Shown here: piece after piece, positions 10,699-21,570 of the stretch | Numbering within the stretch: position 1 is the stretch's first letter | Layout: every line of letters begins with the position of its first letter | Assembly: GCA_000002445.1 (NCBI GenBank) | Contig: CM000208.1 | Coordinates: forward strand, 1,216,001-1,280,000 | Reading direction: 5' to 3' | Length of the DNA: 64,000 bases | Origin: Trypanosoma brucei | Taxonomy: Eukaryota | Notes under the pieces: model-generated | What the model saw: the letters and a program-made list of their open reading frames with translations, nothing else | Database searches by the model: none | Told to the model about the DNA's origin: nothing | Position numbers and translations under genes: made by a program

Positions 10699-11580
10699 TC
10701 AACGCTCACTACAAAAGAACGCAGGTTTAAATCTTGCTATAACAATGGTCATATTGTCACAGCCTGTTCCTTGTATGCATGGGGCCAGGCACCTATCCAG
10801 AACAGCTTCACACACTAAACCAATATCATCTTCGGTATCCTTAAAACTTTGATGAATCAGCTGACAACAGTCATCATTTGACAAAACATCCCAAACTCCA
10901 TCGCACGCAACAACAACAAAAGCATCTTCCTCTTTTATATCAATTCTAGTCACATCAGGCAAGGCAGTAACTATCTGTTCCTCCCAAGACAACTCGCTAT
11001 TCTCTTTGTAGTCAAAATCACCTATAGCTCTACTAACGGCTAAATTTCCATCGACACGATGGGACTGAACCGTCCCTCCGGCTCGCAAAATACGCTCCTT
11101 TTCACCCGGAGCAGAAGGTTTGTGATCAATACTTAGAGGAATGGCGCGAGTTCCACGGTACAAAACTGCCCTACTATCACCAGCATTTGCGCATATAACC
11201 TCGTTTTGAGTTAACATAACGCAAATGGCCGCAGTTCCACCCTCTGACCTCAGCATCGACATTTTGGACAAATTGGAGTCAATCGCACCAAACGCCTTTT
11301 TGAAAGCCTCATCGTATGAGCCACTGCGATACTCTGGTGTTAGCATCAGCTCATCAAGGAGATGTTCCCTACAATACTTAGCGATTTTGTTACCGTTATG
11401 TCCATCGAAAACGCCGATGAATGTATGATGTTTATTCCCACCTAAATTCAACTGAGCTACGTGAGCATCTTCCATGGTTTTGCGCCACCCCTGCATCGCG
11501 CAACACCCAACATGAATATGGGACGTTTCAAATGTACTGGTGTGCTTCTCTGTGACAGGTTTGGACAGCGTTTCCCCCAT
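10699..11580 (-). CDS. Protein phosphatase 2C (PPM family), 293 aa
   Basis: ATG start. PP2C motifs are present: GCCAMQGWRKTMEDAH, GVFDGHNG, ANAGDSRAVL, GNLAVSRAIGD, VVACDGVWDV. The N-terminus MGETLSK fits the N-myristoylation consensus (G2, S6, K7). Confidence 0.9.
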   Translation of the reverse strand: MGETLSKPVTEKHTSTFETSHIHVGCCAMQGWRKTMEDAHVAQLNLGGNKHHTFIGVFDGHNGNKIAKYCREHLLDELMLTPEYRSGSYDEAFKKAFGAIDSNLSKMSMLRSEGGTAAICVMLTQNEVICANAGDSRAVLYRGTRAIPLSIDHKPSAPGEKERILRAGGTVQSHRVDGNLAVSRAIGDFDYKENSELSWEEQIVTALPDVTRIDIKEEDAFVVVACDGVWDVLSNDDCCQLIHQSFKDTEDDIGLVCEAVLDRCLAPCIQGTGCDNMTIVIARFKPAFFCSER

Positions 11581-11781
11581 ATCTCCTGATAATAAGAAAA
11601 TAAATGTGGCAAAGCTTTCCCTTTAAGGGGACTTGAAAGTTGTGATAAAGAGAAGCCAATTTGATGGTATTAACGAAACGAATGGGATGAATGCAGTGTG
11701 ACATATTCTAAAGGAAGGGTGTCTAAGCAATGTCCACACAAACGCGGTCACACCACAGCAGTCTCTTTTTTTTTTTCTGTT

Positions 11782-11784
<3 letters not shown>

Positions 11785-11815
<31 letters not shown>
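11785..11815. repeat. (AT)15 microsatellite
   Basis: A perfect atatat... run of about 31 nt in the intergenic region between the PP2C and NDR kinase genes, followed by gtgtgtgtctgtgtg. Confidence 0.85.
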
Positions 11816-11817
<2 letters not shown>

Positions 11818-11968
11818 TATGTGTGTGTCTGTGTGTTCATCTTTATATATCATTAAGTACGTAGTCATTAGAGACTTCTTTCCCTGTAGGATATCAACAG
11901 AAGTAATAACATTTGATCAAGTGTTCGTTTTTATCCTCGGACATATATATTCCCTCTCCCCCGTTATA

Positions 11969-13381
11969 TTAATCATCATCTGAAAAATTCTGCAGCTCGT
12001 GGAACCTACCTAGTGCCCTTGACCAAGTTGTGGACTGATTTCTATCGCAAAGTTTTGACGTAAAGCCAACAAAAACAGACTGATCTTCCCTCGACACCGC
12101 AGTCATCGGCTGCTTTTGGATGTCTGCATTGTCGGGTGCAGGCTCAAAATATTGCAAGTCTCTCGGGCTATTCAGCTCCACAGAAAAAGGGGCCTTCTCA
12201 TTTCGGATACTGTCGGTCAGAGGGACACCCTTACAGAATGGGTGGCGGATTATTTCCTCAAACCCGTATCGCTCTTTTGAATCGGCAATAAGGTGAGAAA
12301 TCAAATCAATTGCTTCCTTTGACACCGTCGTTTGATCCTTCGGAAACTCCAAGTGCTCTTTGAACTGTATTATCTTCTTAGCGGTTGCGGTGTTATTATC
12401 GTTGAAAAATGGAGGATATCCAAATATCATTTCATATAGAATAACACCAGCGCTCCACCAGTCACAGGAATAGTCATATCCCCTTCCAATTAGAACCTCA
12501 GGTGCAATGTAGGCGGGTGAGCCGACAGTAGAAAAGAACATGACCTTTCTTTCCTTTTTATCCCTGAAGCGTTTCTTTACGTCATCATCAACGGTTACAT
12601 CCTCCGTTAAATAGCTATCGTCGGCTACGGATGTACTTTCAGCCTGATCCGGATCTCTCTTAGACAACCCAAAATCTGCTAATTTAACATGGCCCTCCCG
12701 ATCAATAAGGACATTATCCGGCTTCACATCCCTGTGAACATAGCCCATCTTGTGCAGCGCATTCAGTGCTAAAACCAACTCAACGAAATAAAATCTTGCC
12801 GTTTCTTCCGGGAAGACATCGTAACGGATGAGCCAAGAAATAAGATCCCCTCCGGAGCAGTACTCTGTTACTATATAAAGGAAGTCTTGATCTTGGAATG
12901 CTACCACCAAATCCGTAATCCATGGACAACTTACTCGCTTCTGCCGTAGTTTTGCGTCAGAAAGAAGATCTCTCTCTGTGTGTACATTAAGTGATTGCTT
13001 CCTTTTCACAATTAGATCCTTTCGTATCTTTTTCATGGCATAGACAATGTGAGGTTCTTCCGGTCTCCAACACTGAAACACCTCCGCGAATGCACCCCTC
13101 CCAATTGCGTCCCCAACACAGAACTCGTTCACTGTGTGCTTCTTCTGTCTACCTCGGGAATGTTCAATAGCAAAACTTTTCTTGTCCCCCACCATTCCTT
13201 TAACGTAGTACTCACCTGTATACTTTTTGGCAACGGCAACCTTTGCGTCAGTGCCAACTTGAGATTTAGGCACATCTGACATCTTGCCTGTTTTTTCTCC
13301 CCCACCAAAGAGCTTGAGGCTCAAAACAGTAGTAACAGTACAAGGCGAATAGAAAAGATGTTCAATAATTAGCAAACACAT
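11969..13381 (-). CDS. PK50: NDR-family AGC serine/threonine kinase (PK50-like)
   Basis: Kinase subdomains GRGAFAEV, AMKKIRK, HRDVKPDN, DFG, then a long insert before GSPAYIAPEV, which is the NDR/LATS-type activation-segment insertion. The ATG at 13379-13381 gives 470 aa; an alternative ATG at 13280-13282 (MSDVPKSQ) gives about 438 aa, roughly 50 kDa. The symbol is from memory of the T. brucei NDR kinases PK50/PK53 and is not verified. Confidence 0.8.
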   Translation of the reverse strand: MCLLIIEHLFYSPCTVTTVLSLKLFGGGEKTGKMSDVPKSQVGTDAKVAVAKKYTGEYYVKGMVGDKKSFAIEHSRGRQKKHTVNEFCVGDAIGRGAFAEVFQCWRPEEPHIVYAMKKIRKDLIVKRKQSLNVHTERDLLSDAKLRQKRVSCPWITDLVVAFQDQDFLYIVTEYCSGGDLISWLIRYDVFPEETARFYFVELVLALNALHKMGYVHRDVKPDNVLIDREGHVKLADFGLSKRDPDQAESTSVADDSYLTEDVTVDDDVKKRFRDKKERKVMFFSTVGSPAYIAPEVLIGRGYDYSCDWWSAGVILYEMIFGYPPFFNDNNTATAKKIIQFKEHLEFPKDQTTVSKEAIDLISHLIADSKERYGFEEIIRHPFCKGVPLTDSIRNEKAPFSVELNSPRDLQYFEPAPDNADIQKQPMTAVSREDQSVFVGFTSKLCDRNQSTTWSRALGRFHELQNFSDDD

Positions 13382-13536
13382 ATCAACTCACGGCTATGTG
13401 CATGCACATACGCTCAAAAATTTTAAAAATCCGATGGGTCATTTTTTAGTCGCACACAGTAAATAAAATAATAGCAGAGGAGAGCGAGGAAGTGAGTCAA
13501 AAAGATTAGATGGAACACAACATCGGAGACAAACAT

Positions 13537-13932
13537 TCATAGGAGTAGCTTTTTCTTTCGATGCTCTAGTTTTGTAGGCTTCATACGTGTTCTTTTTGGC
13601 CATTTATTCTCGCCGCCCTTCGAGGCTTTTAAGCTGCTTTTCAACTGTTTTTGGATAGACAAATTCTTCCAGTCCAGGAACGGTGCCCTCTTCAGATCCG
13701 ATGGAAGGTGCACAAGTCGTACACTTGATCCCTTTAAGAAAACACGACCCTCTACAGAAAGCGAAGAGTCTCGGTGCTGGCACCGCACATCAATAAGTTC
13801 TATGTCCCCACATATTGCATCAAGTTGCATCAGCTTGCCATCATAAACACTGCCATCAGTAGTTTCCACCTTGACGAGGAATCCGGTCGCCTCACAAATG
13901 GCACGTAAGGGAATATCAGCTACACCTTCCAT
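13537..13932 (-). CDS. Sm-like (Sm/LSm fold) protein with basic C-terminal tail
   Basis: Sm1 motif FLVKVETTDGSVYDGKLMQLDAICGDIELIDV and Sm2 motif GRVFLKGSSVRLVHLP. The C-terminal K/R-rich tail resembles SmD-type proteins. The track start (13980) is GTG; the first ATG is at 13930-13932 (MEGVADIPL...), giving about 131 aa. It could correspond to one of the trypanosome U2-specific Sm variants (Sm15K/Sm16.5K-type), but this is unverified. Confidence 0.6.
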   Translation of the reverse strand: MEGVADIPLRAICEATGFLVKVETTDGSVYDGKLMQLDAICGDIELIDVRCQHRDSSLSVEGRVFLKGSSVRLVHLPSDLKRAPFLDWKNLSIQKQLKSSLKASKGGENKWPKRTRMKPTKLEHRKKKLLL

Positions 13933-13980
13933 ATCCCTAATAACGACTACCTCAACGATCAACTTGCCTATTTCTCCCAC

Positions 13981-16900
13981 AATTTTGACAATTTGAAAAA
14001 AGTGCTAGTGGCGACCAAATCATGCAAAAAATCGACTTTCTTTACGTCTTATTACAAATTAATGCACTCACACACGGTGCTCCCGAACACAAAAAAGTTC
14101 AGGGCAAGCCAGAGAGGGAAAAGAGGCGTACGAAAACCACCAAGTGCTATGAAACATAGATGCCAAAAACAAAACCCTATCGCACAACACCACCTTCGTG
14201 GAGTGTCATCGCGGTCCACGCGAGTCCGGGGCCTCCGTGTCGCGCTGCGAGCAGCAACGACATATGGGTGAAGTATGCCCACGCACAATCGTCCTGAAGA
14301 ATAAAGAAAAACTGCTCCATAAGCCTGTTTACAGACACACTTCACAAAGACATAAACAGTAGGATGTCACTGGAATCAACAGACAACTAGGAACAAGGTT
14401 GCAAAAAAAAAGTCCATTTGATTGCTTCTCACATCAAACATTACATACATACACATGCTATACCGCTCTATACCACCTTACGAATCAACATATGGGTGGA
14501 ACCCCCGCACAAAGCGCGTCCTGCACAACAAATCCCCACGACCAATAGCAACCAGAAAATGAGCAAAAGCGGTTACGGCGGCGCCCGCCGCGATGTGCTG
14601 GAAACAGAAGTAAAAGAAAGATGGAGAAAATTCCACAACAACGATCTCCCACATCGGGACGCTGCTCCGCGCTGCAGCATAAGAAAGGGGCTCCTCTCAA
14701 TTTCCATGCTCACACGAGGGGCTGCTAATGACGGGAAGGCTACGAAGATGGTGAAGTAGCCACAGGGGTCCCCCGTCCGCTTCGGATCCGACGATCGTCT
14801 GTCGTACCCCATCGCCTGTGAACAAAATGTCCCAAACCGAAGAAACCCCAGCTCTCTCCGGCGCTCTAGCCCCAGCCTCGCTACGGTTTTTTGGCCCGCG
14901 CCACCGGCAACCACCAGCAAAGAACGGGGAGGAGCACACCCACGAACTCTGGTGCCCCAAGGCACCGAAGCGTAGTGCGACAAACCGTTAGGAAAGAGTT
15001 GTCACGGACAAAAACGAAAAGAAGAGGAGAAAACCCATGGGGTGCCACTCACACCCATACCGCTAACGCCTGGCACCCGCTTAGGTGAATCAGAGGCAAA
15101 GAACCACCTCTCCACCCGTACCTGAAACCCTTGAAGCAACCACTGCCACTTCGGCCTCTGCAGCGATATCCTCGAGCGCTTTGTTTACATGGGACAGACC
15201 GCTGAGCGTAGGTAGGGAGTAAAGTGACTCAATCACAGTGCTTTTGAGCCTGCCGCAAAAGCGCAGATTTTTCACTTTCTTCAAAAGACACCACGGCCAG
15301 CGGTGCCGGCCACCGACCCACTACAAGCATAGTGGTTGCTAAACATGGGGTGGTTTTGCCACCACCGCCACCATACGGATCGGTAACTAGTTCCCGCCGG
15401 CCGCTACTTGTGGCAGTAGCCAGTTGACGGGGATAGGGCGGTAGTGATGTATGTTGACCTTTTGCCACGGCTCGATCCTCCGTCCCACCGATGCGCCGGC
15501 ACCTCCATCAGTACGCTGAACGCGGAGCACTACAAGCTGCGTTAACAACCGGATGAGTTTCCCATTTCGGAAAGTAAGATTTCGCCGATCGGAAGGTTGA
15601 TCATCCCCTTGGTTTTTGCGACTTAATGAGCATGTTGGACGCTCACGATTTGGAAGTCAGTTGTGGGTGCTGCAGCGGAGGCCCTGGAGGGACACGAAAT
15701 CGCGCATTGCATTTCGATAAACGCAGTGCACCATTATAAAAGCGATTATTCACGTTCGGTGGGGAGTCTTCATCACACTTTACTGTGCCGCAAATGATGC
15801 ACCACGGTAAATTCGGGGCGAAATCAAAAGGTACCAGCATACGGTTCCACTGAAGATACAATCCTGAGACTGTAGTATTCAGGAGGGACCCAGCAATATT
15901 TGCAGTGAGAGAAGAACTGACCTATTGGCCCACCGAGACGTCCACCAACACGATTCTGTCCTCCTCATGCGTTACCATGTGAATGCGCGCACTTCCCTCC
16001 CCCCATACACACACCACCCCAGAACTGATGCATGTCTGGTATATCTCGAACAACTTTACACCCCGCTAACGCGTGGCTCCGTTCAACTTCTTTGAAGTGT
16101 GATTTTGCGAAGGCACCCCCACCCCTAATCCAAACTACAACTTTTTACAATCATCTCTCGGTGTCTAAAAGCTCGTTATTCGCTGCAAAGCGTTGGTTAA
16201 GCACAAAATTGTATACGCCTACGGACTACATAGTACCCGAGTTCAAAGAGAACCATCGACAGCTACCGCAGCGTTCCCACTATTCAGCACAACGGGGCAC
16301 TTCCGAAGTACTGTAGGTAACGGCCGATAGTCTGTGGAATTATACACTTTACACAAACAGGGCATATAATTATGCGGTGATTTCCCTAGTGTTCGATGCT
16401 ATTCAAGATGTGAGAATGCATTTCCTACGGTGACTAAAAGTGTGTTATATCGACATAGTTTTCCCCCGCACATACTAATAATATACTATGCGGTGTTATG
16501 TGCACAATATGGGAGGTGTGGCTACTGTATATGTTATTTGTTAACTCTTCCTTCGGATGAAACACTACAGTGTCACACCTCTCCTTCTCACATCATATGT
16601 ATGTGCTTCACCTCACATTATTACTCCATACCATCGTGTTCTAATGGGAAAAATAATGCGGAATGATAGATTAGGTGAAAAAAGAAAAGATCAGAAAGGC
16701 ATGACTATCTCTCTCTATGGTGTGTGGTATACGCTGTTGATGCTTTGAAAGTTCTGCATCATCACGTGATATCGTATATCCACATGCTGTGTGCATGTAT
16801 TCGTGTGATGCATGCTTGGAACAATGGAGAGTGTGACCATGTCAGTTTGTGTTCACCACCGTGCTCTTCATCTGTAGGAGTAGGTAAAACTAACAACAGA

Positions 16901-19566
16901 TCATCAATATTTCAACGAAGGGAAGACAGGGTCGGTTTTAATATGCGGCCGCCGAGTATCGGAGCAACGGTGGAGCCCCAACGTATCCGTAGTGTTCAAC
17001 CCCCTCCGTTGCGGTCTCCGCGTCCCCGCTCCTCATTGTTCGGCCGCTTTTGAAGACGCCACGTTGAGACTGGAACCTGTGTCTTGCCGCTTTTGCTGGA
17101 AAGAGGAAGGAAGATCACTGTGGCCACTAACAGTGGAGGGTCGGGTGTCGTGAGATGTGTCTATCTTCCGTTGGGGTTTTCTTCTTGGGAAAGCGGTTTA
17201 CCTTAGTGGGCGGCGGTAACCTGTTCTATTTGGAAGGATGTCGTGCAGGGGGTGAGTGAGTTTTCTTGACCAAGTTTACGAATTTGTTGTGCACCCCTGT
17301 TTTATCCCACTGCTTGAAGTGTTTCGGAATAGATGATAGGGAGGATGGTATGGCAAGAAACCTGCCGGGACCTTTACCGTTTCACCGCTGACTACATGTT
17401 CCCACAATTTTCTACCATATCCTTCGGGCGGCATTGCAGTGAGAGTGCCATGTGGGACAGGGGACAGATTGGAACTTGATCTTCCGGAGGTCTTCGGAGT
17501 TATAGAGTGATTGCTTCTCTTCTCCTTTCCTTTGGCGTGACTCTCATACGGAGGCTCTTGGTGAGCAGGATACAATTCGCCTGCTGACTTTTTGGTTTAT
17601 TTTTTCCCATATTTCAGTGTTGCGGGGTCACTTTCGGCACCGTTGGGAATCGAGAAGTGACGTATAAAGGTGTTCGCTTCTGCAGCAAAAAGTGGTTCCG
17701 TTTGGTATTCATTTGTGGAGACACTTTCCCTCCTTTCCATTTCGGAAAACTTTTTGTCACGGAAGAAGGGCTTTTGGTATTGTCCCGTCCGATGATCTTT
17801 GCCCCGATCGTTCCATCATGAATAATAGCTACAACTGTGTGTGTCTGTACGGCTGTGGATATTTCCCCAGTCCCCAATCGCTTCGGTCGCTTTTACTCTT
17901 TTATAGCACGGTTTAGAGTTGGTAAACTGGTGCCGTTCTGTGGAAGCAGTGGCCGGAGGAAAGTGTGGGGTGAAGTCGTTAGCTCGTTTGAGTTGACGCA
18001 GGCCTTGGAGAATGTCATGTGGTGACCTCCGTGGGCTGTGGCCGTGTCGCCAATTTGTGGCGGCGCAGTCCTTTGATGTGACTGAATCGGGTGCATAACT
18101 TGTTCTCCGGCCATGCTCACGGTTTTTTTTGTTTTCGCTGCCGCTTCAGCCGTCTTCTCCCCAGCAGATTATGAAATATGGTCCGGCGCGTGGGGGAAAT
18201 GAGTTGGTTCCACCCAAGAACGTTGGAGCCAGAGGCCTATGCTGCCTTTTCCCGTGTGTATTTGTGAAGGGGGGGGGGACGAGGCTCAGAGGAGCGGCAT
18301 GTCCATTTTTTGTGAATCCTCTTTGTCCACTGGGGAAGGAGATTGAAGTCAGGGTTGCCTGGGGGGATGACTCAATGCGCGCCGTCGGATGAGCAAACTT
18401 ATGTTTAGCGGCCCTTGTGGTGATTGCGTCAACCGGTGGGTCGACGGTAGTGGTGAGCTCAACTTCTGTTTTTGAGTTGCCGGAGCTCCGCCGCTGTGCC
18501 GGCAAAGGGGAAGGTTGGTACTGGTTAGCCCTCAGGGTACAGAGTTTGGTCTCAAATACACTGAAGGCGCCCCCTACTCGGCAGCCGCGCCTCTGAGCGC
18601 TGTTCGCCCGGATGAGTTGGTTCGTAGATGCTGCACTGGGCGCTGTGTAAAGCTCGTGGGGGGTTGGAATGGATGTGATAATCGCGTAGCAGTTTAGTGA
18701 GGATGGCGTCGACGGCGACGCCCTTTCGCATCCCTGAAGTCTTTAATATGTCTGTTCTTGTTCGACGAGGGGTTTGCTGCGGATCCCACCAAGAGTTGGT
18801 CTCGCAGTATTTTGGCCGCGGCTCTGCCCACGCTGGGTGAATTGCGCTTTGCCTGGTTTCCCCCGCCAGAGCGGGGTACAGTGGCCGGGCTGCGCGTGTG
18901 GGGTGCCGTCATTGCTGAGTGTGTCGGTGTTGTGCCCGCCCCGTTCCTGTTGCGTTAAGCAGGATTGGGCCCGGTGGGGGTTTGGTGACTCCAACCGAAG
19001 CGTCGGCATGTGGATGCGCCCCATCGTTTCTGGTGGCTGACATGTTTGGTTTCGTCGTATTGGGCCCAGGGTTATAGTGGGCGACAGGGTCTGGCTTGCG
19101 TAACCCGTCGCTTTTTCTTGTTGGCAGTTGGTGCCTTTTATTCGACGGTGGTGGCGTTTTCTGGAAATCGGTCCCCGTTCTGGGGTTCTGTCGTTGAAGG
19201 ACTCCTTGTACTTACCATATTATGATATGCATTTTGTTTGCCACCGTATGGCTTCGTTTTCTGTTTGCGTCCCTAACAGAGCAGGTGGTATCGTGGATAC
19301 CGGCGGTGCGAGGGGTTGTGCATGTTATGGCGGGCTTTGCACGACGAGCCTTGAATCCACCTTTTTTAATTATTTCAGTTCGGATTGCAGGTGATGTGCT
19401 TGCCCACACCCTGCAATTTGTTTAAAGTTTAATGGCAGTGCCGATGCCATTTTTGTCTTGGCGTATGCTAGGCGCGTGAGTTGTAGATGTCTAAGAAAAT
19501 AGTGTTGATATAGCCCTCTGTTTTTTGTTTAAGTGGTGATGTTATTGTTTTTCTTTAATCTTCCTG
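13981..19566. promoter_or_regulatory. Divergent strand-switch region (bidirectional pol II transcription start region) with no protein-coding genes
   Basis: Genes to the left are all on the minus strand and genes to the right all on the plus strand. The 5.6 kb between them contains only short, compositionally driven ORFs. The plus strand is CA-rich at 14.0-16.0 kb (so the minus strand is GT-rich) and GT-rich at 17.0-19.5 kb, with a G10 run at 18269-18278. This outward-pointing GT skew matches the GT-rich promoter elements described at trypanosome transcription start regions. Confidence 0.6.
18269..18278 (+). repeat. G10 homopolymer tract inside the strand-switch region
   Basis: The sequence aagggggggggggacgagg, read directly. 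Confidence 0.8.
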
Positions 19567-19593
19567 GTGTTGTTTAGTGCAAAGCTAGGTGCA

Positions 19594-20205
19594 ATGGAGG
19601 ATATGGGCGACTTGGCGAAGGGCAACTTGGCTTCGTCCAAGTGGCTTGGCACTTTCAGCCTCCTTTATGCCGAAGTGGTTGTTTCGTTTGCGAGTGCCAT
19701 AGTTCTACTTGTTTTGACTGTTGTCCAGTTACTTTATCGAACCAGCTGGCGGGCCAGGAAGTTATGGAGAGTAGGAAACGAGGTGCGCTTCGATGGGGAG
19801 CGTTACCTCGCGAAACCGGAGGGCGACATTGGTCGGAAAATTTTGGAAAGGGGCATAAAATCGCATGAAAATGTTTACTTTGAGCGTCCCTCAGGCACAC
19901 TTCCCCCAATTGTAGCGAATGACTGTGACGCTAGGGTAAATTGTCTCTCTATGATTGCGGAGACAAGGAAGATACTCTACAAGCAGTACGGGGAACCGGC
20001 GCGTTTAATGTCTATGCGTTGTTGTTTGTCGTGTATAGAAAATGTTTTGCCGTCGAGCCAAGCGGAGGATTTCCTTCGCATATATGAGTCTGTCCTTTAC
20101 GGGCAGTATCGCGCGGATGGGGTTCCGGAGGTGATTTCTGACGAAGAGATAAAGTTTTTGCACGTTTTTTACCACAATTCAATTCTCAAAGAGATTCAAT
20201 GGTAG
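19594..20205 (+). CDS. Hypothetical protein with single N-terminal transmembrane segment (about 203 aa); first gene of the plus-strand array
   Basis: The track ORF 19567 starts at GTG; the first ATG gives MEDMGDLAKGNLASSKWLGTFSLLYAEVVVSFASAIVLLVLTVVQLLY (one hydrophobic helix). No family was recognised. Note a possible 1-nt coordinate offset in my local reading here; the frame follows the ORF track. Confidence 0.45.
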   Translation: MEDMGDLAKGNLASSKWLGTFSLLYAEVVVSFASAIVLLVLTVVQLLYRTSWRARKLWRVGNEVRFDGERYLAKPEGDIGRKILERGIKSHENVYFERPSGTLPPIVANDCDARVNCLSMIAETRKILYKQYGEPARLMSMRCCLSCIENVLPSSQAEDFLRIYESVLYGQYRADGVPEVISDEEIKFLHVFYHNSILKEIQW

Positions 20206-20412
20206 CGCGGTGTTAAAACGTGCCAGGGAACATGTTTAAAATATACCCTTCACTTGTATCAAACTGTCAAAAAATGTTGGCTGCTTTCAGTTTTAATATT
20301 TACCAATCGATAATAATATTTTCTCTCTTGCTGTCTATATTTGCATGCAACAATGCATTGAGGTTCGTGTATTTACATTTTTATGCGTATAGACCGTCAC
20401 CCGTAAGGCAAG

Positions 20413-21321
20413 ATGAGCATCACCATAAAGTTGACCAACGGTGATAAGAAGACTGTCGAAGTACCTGACCTAAGTATAACAGTTATCCAGTTTAAGGAAC
20501 TTGCGGAGAACGCTGTTGAGATACCTGCAGCTGAGCAAAGAATTGTTTTGCGAGGAAAGGTTCTTAAGGATACAGATGTTCTCTCCGCGGTGGGCTTGGA
20601 GCACGGACAAGCTGTTCACATTGTGCGCGGACAACAGCCGAAAACTCAAGCAACATCCACGTCTGCACCCGTCCCAGGACCCTCAAACCCGCCTCACGTG
20701 GCGAGTAATTCGTACTCTACCGCGTCTAATGCTCCCATGAATTCAAATTCTGAGAGTTCCAACCCTTATATGCCGCTGGCGGGATATATGCCAACTTCAC
20801 TGAGTGGGGGTGTAAACGCTGCGGGTATGGGAGGATCGTTCCCCCCGTTTTCCAGTGATGCTGCTGCGCAATTGATGCAGTCTCCGTTGTTTTCCCAAAT
20901 GATGCGGGATATGTTGGGAAATCCCCAGTTTATGCAGACAATGATGCAATTTGCTGGAAACCAGTCAAGGGGCAATGATGCAGGAATGCAGCAACTGTTA
21001 AGCGACCCTCTCATGATGCAATACGTCATGCAGTTGGCGTCTAATCCGGAATTTTTGCAGGAGATGACGCGAATGGTGCCCGGAGGAGGCCCCCTTTCCG
21101 CCCCTCAAACTCCCTTTTTTGGACAGCCAATCCCGAACTTGACAGGGGCACCGCAAGGAGGTGGTTTGTCGCAACCTCAGGGAGACCCACGGGTTGTGTA
21201 CCAATCCCAACTTCAACAGTTAAGGGATATGGGGTTTCCGAACGAAGAAGCGAATATTGCGGCATTGCAGCAAACCCAAGGTAATATTCACTTCGCGATC
21301 GAAAGGCTTTTAAATGGGTAA
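20413..21321 (+). CDS. Ubiquilin/DSK2-like protein (N-terminal UBL, STI1-like Met/Gln-rich repeats, C-terminal UBA), 302 aa
   Basis: ATG start. The N-terminal beta-grasp is MSITIKLTNGDKKTVEVPDLSITVIQFKELAE...VHIVRG. The middle has repeated M/Q-rich LMQxPLFxQMM motifs (STI1-like). The C-terminal UBA is RDMGFPNEEANIAALQQTQGNIHFAIERLLNG. Confidence 0.8.
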   Translation: MSITIKLTNGDKKTVEVPDLSITVIQFKELAENAVEIPAAEQRIVLRGKVLKDTDVLSAVGLEHGQAVHIVRGQQPKTQATSTSAPVPGPSNPPHVASNSYSTASNAPMNSNSESSNPYMPLAGYMPTSLSGGVNAAGMGGSFPPFSSDAAAQLMQSPLFSQMMRDMLGNPQFMQTMMQFAGNQSRGNDAGMQQLLSDPLMMQYVMQLASNPEFLQEMTRMVPGGGPLSAPQTPFFGQPIPNLTGAPQGGGLSQPQGDPRVVYQSQLQQLRDMGFPNEEANIAALQQTQGNIHFAIERLLNG

Positions 21322-21570
21322 GCAGCAGAGGCCACTAGGTATATTTTGCGATTAGCTGAAACCGAGGCATTTCTTATGTTAAGTCTCTGTATTTAGCTAT
21401 GATCTCACTATTTCCCTCTTTTCTTCGTTGGGTTGTGTACCTAGCGATGTTTTACCTCGACAATTCTCGGTCGAGGGGGCTAAGGCGGTTTCTACCCCTA
21501 TCAATCTTTGAAAGAAGTTATGGGTGTCTCCTCCTACCTTCATTTATTGCAAGGTGGTTGCTACATAAAA

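Noticed and set aside
13537-13980. Using the GTG at 13980 to make a 147-aa (about 16.5 kDa) Sm protein and naming it Sm16.5K
   Set aside because: A GTG start is unlikely. The ATG at 13932 gives 131 aa. The size-based name assignment is therefore unsafe, and I kept a generic Sm-like call.
14573-14983. 136-aa and 87-aa minus-strand ORFs (and other ORFs of 60-120 aa) inside the strand-switch region
   Set aside because: They fall in a GC-rich segment where long open frames arise by chance. The translations are Arg/Gly/Pro/Ala-rich without motifs, and they have no polypyrimidine/AG context.
13981-19566. tRNA genes in the strand-switch region
   Set aside because: I scanned for B-box-like GGTTCGANTCC / GGATTCGAACC motifs and 3' CCA-compatible acceptor stems on both strands and found none convincing. 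A proper tRNAscan is still advised.
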